64,000 bases of DNA. It comes from Minisyncoccia bacterium. Its GTDB lineage: Bacteria > Patescibacteriota > Minisyncoccia > UBA6257 > 2-01-FULL-56-20. Positions 57,565 to 64,000 of this stretch are shown one piece after another. Position numbers and translations under genes: made by a program. Position 1 is the stretch's first letter, and each line of letters begins with the position of its first letter. The notes beneath the pieces were generated by a model that saw only the letters and a program-made list of their open reading frames with translations, did not search any database and had not been told where the DNA came from. The stretch lies in assembly GCA_050015515.1 (NCBI GenBank), contig JBEKBG010000001.1, positions 86,814 to 150,813 of the forward strand, in the 5' to 3' direction.

Positions 57565-58353
57565 ATGGACGAGCACAATCATCCGGAGGTGGAAGAGGTC
57601 GAGGTTTCGGTTTCATCGGGCCCGCGCAAGCGGGACATGTTCCTTCCTATCAGCATCCTCGTTGCCGCAGTGATGGTGGGCGGCGCGATCGTTTTTGCAA
57701 CGCTATATAAGGGCGGAAGCGCGGCGGTTCCGGCGGGCGGCGTGGGCGGGAATGGCAACGTGGTTGCAGCAACCTCCACGGCCACCAACCCGGCGGCGGC
57801 GATGACGCTTGGCCCGCGCGATGCGATCCTCGGCAACGCGAATGCCACGGTGACGCTCATTGAATATGGCGATTATCAGTGCCCTTATTGCGTGCAGTTT
57901 TTCAGCGAAACACAGCCGCAGATTCTCCAGAATTACGTGAACACGGGCAAGGTGCGGGTGGTATTCCGCGATTTTGCATTCCTTGGCGCCGAGTCCACCG
58001 CGGCTGCGAATGCCGCGCAATGCGCGGAGGATCAGAATAAGCTATGGGCGTATCACGACGCGCTCTACAATGCTAAACTGGCAGACGATAATAACGGTGG
58101 TAGCGAGGACGACGGATTCTATACCACCGCGGAATTTTTGAAGCTTGCCCAGCGGGTGGGGCTCAACCTCCCGACGTTTACGAGCTGCGTCAATAACAAT
58201 ACCGACGCGAACATCGTCGCACAGGAGAAGGGTGCGGCCGCCAACGCCGGCGTTAATTCCACGCCGTCGTTCATCGTGAATGGCACGATGGTCACCGGCG
58301 CGCAGCCGTACTCGGTATTCCAAGCGGCGTTGGATGCGGCATTGAAAGGATAA
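57565..58353 (+). CDS. DsbA family thiol:disulfide oxidoreductase, membrane-anchored
   Basis: CPYC active site; thioredoxin fold; paralog of 11004..11750. Confidence 0.7.
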   Translation: MDEHNHPEVEEVEVSVSSGPRKRDMFLPISILVAAVMVGGAIVFATLYKGGSAAVPAGGVGGNGNVVAATSTATNPAAAMTLGPRDAILGNANATVTLIEYGDYQCPYCVQFFSETQPQILQNYVNTGKVRVVFRDFAFLGAESTAAANAAQCAEDQNKLWAYHDALYNAKLADDNNGGSEDDGFYTTAEFLKLAQRVGLNLPTFTSCVNNNTDANIVAQEKGAAANAGVNSTPSFIVNGTMVTGAQPYSVFQAALDAALKG

Positions 58354-58362
58354 AACAAGGCC

Positions 58363-58599
58363 ATGATCGAGTATTGGACGACATTGGCCATAGGCCTTAT
58401 GATGATCATCTCGCCATGGATATTGGGGTTCTCTGATATATCTCTTGCAAAGTGGTGTAATATATCATTAGGACTGATTCTCGCGATCGCGAGTGCGTGG
58501 AAAATCTTCGGAATGGTCTCTGCGGACGCTTCGTCCGCAGTGGAAGGGGAGCTCCCGCCGCAAAAGAAAAAACGCAAAACAAAAAATAACGTCGAATAA
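58363..58599 (+). CDS. SPW repeat-containing small membrane protein
   Basis: Two TM helices, each with an SPW/SAW motif. Confidence 0.45.
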   Translation: MIEYWTTLAIGLMMIISPWILGFSDISLAKWCNISLGLILAIASAWKIFGMVSADASSAVEGELPPQKKKRKTKNNVE

Positions 58600-58625
58600 A
58601 AATAAAAAATACCATTACCACCACT

Positions 58626-58871
58626 ATGGCAAAAGTAACGATCTACAGCACGCCGACCTGTGTCTACTGCAAAATGGCAAAGGAATTTTTCGCAAAAAAT
58701 AATGTTGCGTACGAGGAGCACGATGTCGCGTCGGATCTCACGGCGCGGGAAGAGATGGTCAATAAGTCCCACCAGCTCGGCGTGCCGGTCATTGATATTG
58801 ATAATCAGATCGTCGTTGGGTTCGATCAGCGGACAATCGAGGGTTTGTTGGGATTGAAGAAGGAAGCATAA
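58626..58871 (+). CDS. Glutaredoxin-like protein (NrdH/Grx family)
   Basis: 81 aa; CVYC active site; VPVI motif. Confidence 0.7.
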   Translation: MAKVTIYSTPTCVYCKMAKEFFAKNNVAYEEHDVASDLTAREEMVNKSHQLGVPVIDIDNQIVVGFDQRTIEGLLGLKKEA

Positions 58872-58888
58872 TTTTTAATCAAAATTTA

Positions 58889-59818
58889 ATGTACGATCTT
58901 GTCATCATTGGCGGAGGGCCGGGCGGCGTTGCCGCCGGCGTCTATGCTGCGCGCAAAAAAATAAAGGCGGCACTCGTCACCGACAGCTTTGGCGGGCAGT
59001 CGCTGGTTTCGAATGGCATAGAAAATTGGATCGGCATAAAATCCATTTCCGGATTTGACCTGGCAAAATCTTTGGAGGAGCATCTCCGCGCGCAAGCGGC
59101 CATTGATATCATGGACGGCGACATCGTTGCGACCGTGGCCAAACGCGATGACGGTACGTTTGCGGTGACGACAAAGAACGGCAAATCGTTCGAGACAAAA
59201 TATATCCTGCTCACGTCCGGGAGCCGCCGCAAGCGGCTTGGCGTGCCGGGCGAGGATCAGTTTGATGGCAAAGGGGTGGTGTTCTGCACCACCTGCGATG
59301 CGCCGCTCTTCGGCGGCAAGATGGTGGCGGTCGTGGGCGGTGGCAATTCCGCGCTCGAGGGGGTGGAAGATCTTTTGCAATATGCGTCAAAGATCTATTT
59401 GGTCGTGCGCTCGGAAGTTCTGCGCGGCGATCCGGTCACGCAGGAAAAAGTAAAGAGCCATCCGAATGTGGAGATATTATGGAACACCGTTATCGAGGAG
59501 ATCCATGGCAGCGCCGAAACGCAAATGGTGAACGGCGTTAAATATAAAAACATAAAGACCGGAGAAGAAAAAGAACTTCCGCTCGACGGCGTATTTATAG
59601 AGATCGGGCTCACACCAAACACCGATTTTGTGAAAGACCTTGTGCAGTTAAATGAGGTCGGCCACGTGGTGGTTGACGCGAAGACGCAACAGACATCAGC
59701 CGCGGGTATTTGGGCGGCGGGCGACGTGAGTGACGTTTTATATGACCAGAACAACATCTCCGTCGGCGATGCTATCAAGGCGACGCTGAACATCTATGAC
59801 AAGATTAAAAAAAGTTAA
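58889..59818 (+). CDS. trxB: Thioredoxin-disulfide reductase
   Basis: GGGPGG FAD motif, CTTCD redox cysteines, GGGNSA NADPH motif. Confidence 0.85.
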   Translation: MYDLVIIGGGPGGVAAGVYAARKKIKAALVTDSFGGQSLVSNGIENWIGIKSISGFDLAKSLEEHLRAQAAIDIMDGDIVATVAKRDDGTFAVTTKNGKSFETKYILLTSGSRRKRLGVPGEDQFDGKGVVFCTTCDAPLFGGKMVAVVGGGNSALEGVEDLLQYASKIYLVVRSEVLRGDPVTQEKVKSHPNVEILWNTVIEEIHGSAETQMVNGVKYKNIKTGEEKELPLDGVFIEIGLTPNTDFVKDLVQLNEVGHVVVDAKTQQTSAAGIWAAGDVSDVLYDQNNISVGDAIKATLNIYDKIKKS

Positions 59819-59861
59819 AAAGAAATTTGCATCGCCCCGTAAAAAGCGTAAGGTGAAGCAT

Positions 59862-60080
59862 ATGAAAAAAATTGAATTGGTAAGCGCGGTATGGCGTGAG
59901 GGGAAATATTATGTTGCGCAATGCTTGAATGTGGATATTTCAAGCTTTGGCGAAACAAAAATGCTTGCCCTCGCGAATTTGAAGGAAGCGCTTGAGCTCT
60001 ATTTGGAGGATGCTCCGGTTTCGAATATCGCTAAGATCCGGCAACCTGGTCTTCAAATACAAAAATTCATGCATGCATAA
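59862..60080 (+). CDS. hicB: HicB family antitoxin
   Basis: UPF0150-like pattern (YVAQCLNVDISSFGET...ALANLKEALELYLE); 8-nt overlap with the hicA gene. Confidence 0.55.
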   Translation: MKKIELVSAVWREGKYYVAQCLNVDISSFGETKMLALANLKEALELYLEDAPVSNIAKIRQPGLQIQKFMHA

Positions 60081-60291
60081 AGTCTTCTCGTCAAAGGAGA
60101 TCGTGGCAGTCCTTCTTCGAGAGGGATTTATTTTTATCTCCCAAAAAGGAAGCCATGCAAAATTTCGGAAGAGAGGGTCGGGTGGGGCGGTAACTACCAT
60201 TGTCCCAATGGGCAAAGATGAAATCCCGCCAGGAACCTTGCGGTCGATCATCCGACAATCGAATTTGCCATGGGAAATCTTTCTCGCTTGA
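60073..60291 (+). CDS. hicA: HicA family toxin (mRNA interferase)
   Basis: KEIVAVLLREGFIFISQKGSHAKF...GTLRSIIRQSNL pattern typical of HicA. Confidence 0.6.
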   Translation: MHKVFSSKEIVAVLLREGFIFISQKGSHAKFRKRGSGGAVTTIVPMGKDEIPPGTLRSIIRQSNLPWEIFLA

Positions 60292-60372
60292 CGGCCGGAT
60301 TTTTAAGAATATAATTCCTATTGGCACTCGCTAGTCCCGAGTGCTAAACCATTTAAAATAACAAAGGACGGC

Positions 60373-62339
<1,967 letters not shown>

Positions 62340-62437
62340 CGTCAATTCCGAAGGTAGATTGACTATTCCGCGAGGCGGCGATATAAAGGAGCTAGTCGTA
62401 CCGATCATGATGATCGGTATGGAAGGGAGGCCACGAT

Positions 62438-63055
62438 ATGAAAAGCTTACCGGCATGGGAAGCTGTTTTGGGATCCGTAATGGGGATCGCCTTCATGACG
62501 GGCGTTTCTCACGCACAAGAGTCCATCCAGGTCCATCCGGCGCTCAGCTCGGAAATGATATCCGTGGTGGTAAAAGAGATTGTTTCTGTCCGCCATCACG
62601 GCGATCGCGACGTCACCATTGCGAGTGCATCCGGATTTTCTGCCGGCGATTGCGATATCGTTACGACGTTTGGCGTCGTGGCGGAATATGAGCGCCGGCA
62701 AACATGGTCGGAAGTGCGGCAGAAAATCGAGATCATTGTTGGAGGGATTCCGCATGAGGGGTTTCTTCGTCCCATAGGCGTTTCCCCGGGGAATTTCGAT
62801 CTTGCTTGCATTGATTTTGCGTCAGCTGCGGATCGGTCGGTAATACACTCACTATCCTTTGCGGCGAATCTGCCGTCGCCTATTTACGTGGAAGGGACAT
62901 TATCCAGAGTACGACCGGGTTCGCCGTTGATTAATGAGGATGGAAAGGTCGTTGCAATGTTAGCAACGGACGAAAGGGGCTTCCCGCAGCTTATCGCGGC
63001 ACCTGACATCCGACGATTTCTCAAAATGGCGGAAAGGATTCCGCATCCCAATTAG
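62438..63055 (+). CDS. Secreted hypothetical protein (possibly a degenerate trypsin-like fold)
   Basis: Signal peptide ending VSHA-QE; GSPLINEDGKVVAM faintly resembles the S1 GDSGGPL region but the catalytic triad is unclear. Confidence 0.35.
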   Translation: MKSLPAWEAVLGSVMGIAFMTGVSHAQESIQVHPALSSEMISVVVKEIVSVRHHGDRDVTIASASGFSAGDCDIVTTFGVVAEYERRQTWSEVRQKIEIIVGGIPHEGFLRPIGVSPGNFDLACIDFASAADRSVIHSLSFAANLPSPIYVEGTLSRVRPGSPLINEDGKVVAMLATDERGFPQLIAAPDIRRFLKMAERIPHPN

Positions 63056-63168
63056 CCCTCGCTCCGTAGGCTTGTGCCTCCGGAGCGGTTTTTTTGTCTT
63101 ATTCGCCTACCTCTCCCGCTCGGCACCTAATGGTTGCCCCAACTCGTATAGTTTGATATAATAGAGGT

Positions 63169-63723
63169 ATGACAATAACTTGGATAATAACAATTGTGGT
63201 CGTGCTGGTACTCTTGTGGCTCGTTTTGGCCTATAACGGGCTTGTCCAGTCGCGCAATAGGGCGCAGGAGGGGTATTCGGATATTGATGTTCAACTGAAG
63301 CGTCGCTACGACCTCATCCCGAATTTGGTAGAATCGGTTAAGGGTTATGCATCGCACGAGAAGACGGTGTTTGAGGATGTCACGAACGCGCGCTCGAACG
63401 CCATGCAGGCGACCGGCACGGATAAGGCGGGTGCGGAGAATCAGCTCTCGGGCGCTTTGAAATCACTTTTTGCGGTTGCGGAAAATTATCCGGATCTCAA
63501 GGCGAATCAAAACTTCCTTAGCTTGCAGAATGAGCTGACCGACACAGAAGATAAGATCCAGGCCGCCCGCCGGTTTTACAACGGCATGGTCCGCGACTTC
63601 AATATCAAACTCCAGGTCTTCCCGACAAATATGTTTGCGAGTATGTTTGGATTTACCAAGATGGATTTCTTCGGCACGGACCTCAGTGACGTAGAGAAAC
63701 AACCCGTCGCTGTTAAATTCTAA
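63169..63723 (+). CDS. lemA: LemA family protein
   Basis: N-terminal TM helix plus conserved LemA domain. Confidence 0.8.
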   Translation: MTITWIITIVVVLVLLWLVLAYNGLVQSRNRAQEGYSDIDVQLKRRYDLIPNLVESVKGYASHEKTVFEDVTNARSNAMQATGTDKAGAENQLSGALKSLFAVAENYPDLKANQNFLSLQNELTDTEDKIQAARRFYNGMVRDFNIKLQVFPTNMFASMFGFTKMDFFGTDLSDVEKQPVAVKF

Positions 63724-63850
63724 AAATATTGGGGTAATGTGTTTTGGGTCATGGAAGATTAAATGCCCCAAAACACATTACCCCAATATTTTTATCCATC
63801 AGCGACGGGTTGTTTTTCCGCGTTAAATAATATATAAAAGAAAAAAAAGA

Positions 63851-64000
63851 ATGGCTGCTAATTTATATACACTACAATCCTCTAATGTCCGGCGTACGTG
63901 GCTGTTGTTCATTGTATTTTTCCTCGTGGTCGGTGGGCTCGGGTATGCGATCTCGATGTATTATGGAGACCCGAGCTTTTTGATCTTCGCTATCATCTTT
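63851..64000 (+). CDS. Partial CDS (5' end only), hypothetical membrane protein; runs off the window
   Basis: ATG at 63851; hydrophobic segment follows. Confidence 0.3.
   Translation, partial: MAANLYTLQSSNVRRTWLLFIVFFLVVGGLGYAISMYYGDPSFLIFAIIF

Overview
A 64-kb chromosomal segment from a bacterium with mostly standard genetic code usage (TGA, TAG and TAA all act as stops) and dense coding on both strands. Its gene content suggests an uncultivated Gram-positive-type or CPR/Patescibacteria-like lineage, but that is inference only.

Housekeeping genes present: mntH (Nramp), a cold-shock protein, an AI-2E transporter, smpB, argS, ileS, trpS, RNase J, RNase Y, secG, gpmI, two HIT proteins, tRNA-Leu(CAG), two DsbA-like proteins, a glutaredoxin-like protein, trxB, a hicAB pair, groES/groEL and lemA.

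The middle third (about 34.4-57.5 kb) is a surface-glycan locus: an O-antigen-ligase-like protein; pseB, pseC and NeuB/pseI-like nonulosonic-acid genes; cytidylyltransferases, a GNAT, a class III aminotransferase, an epimerase-ATP-grasp fusion, HAD and AKR; four GT2 glycosyltransferases, a Wzx-like flippase and a polyprenyl-phosphate sugar transferase; and DedA and PAP2 proteins.

The most notable system is a complete diversity-generating retroelement at 2.38-5.56 kb:
- a DGR-type reverse transcriptase with the LGxxxSQ motif;
- a 121-bp template repeat (TR);
- an Avd-like four-helix-bundle gene, encoded antisense so that its start codon overlaps the RT start;
- two paralogous target genes whose 3' variable repeats differ from the TR only at TR adenines (16 and 11 positions).

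Other signals worth a second look:
- ileS carries an inserted roughly 200-aa histidine-phosphatase (RHG) domain between its two CxxC zinc-knuckle halves.
- A family of three structured repeats shares a 75-nt core with two covarying hairpins; each copy sits inside a different 27-31-bp closing stem.
- A 30-nt motif repeated four times brackets two small AT-rich genes in a cassette-like arrangement.
- Two unusually long (32-34 bp) perfect palindromic terminators.
- A three-way-junction structured element in the rny leader.
- A probable decayed gene in the glycan locus.
- Several AT-rich compositional islets.
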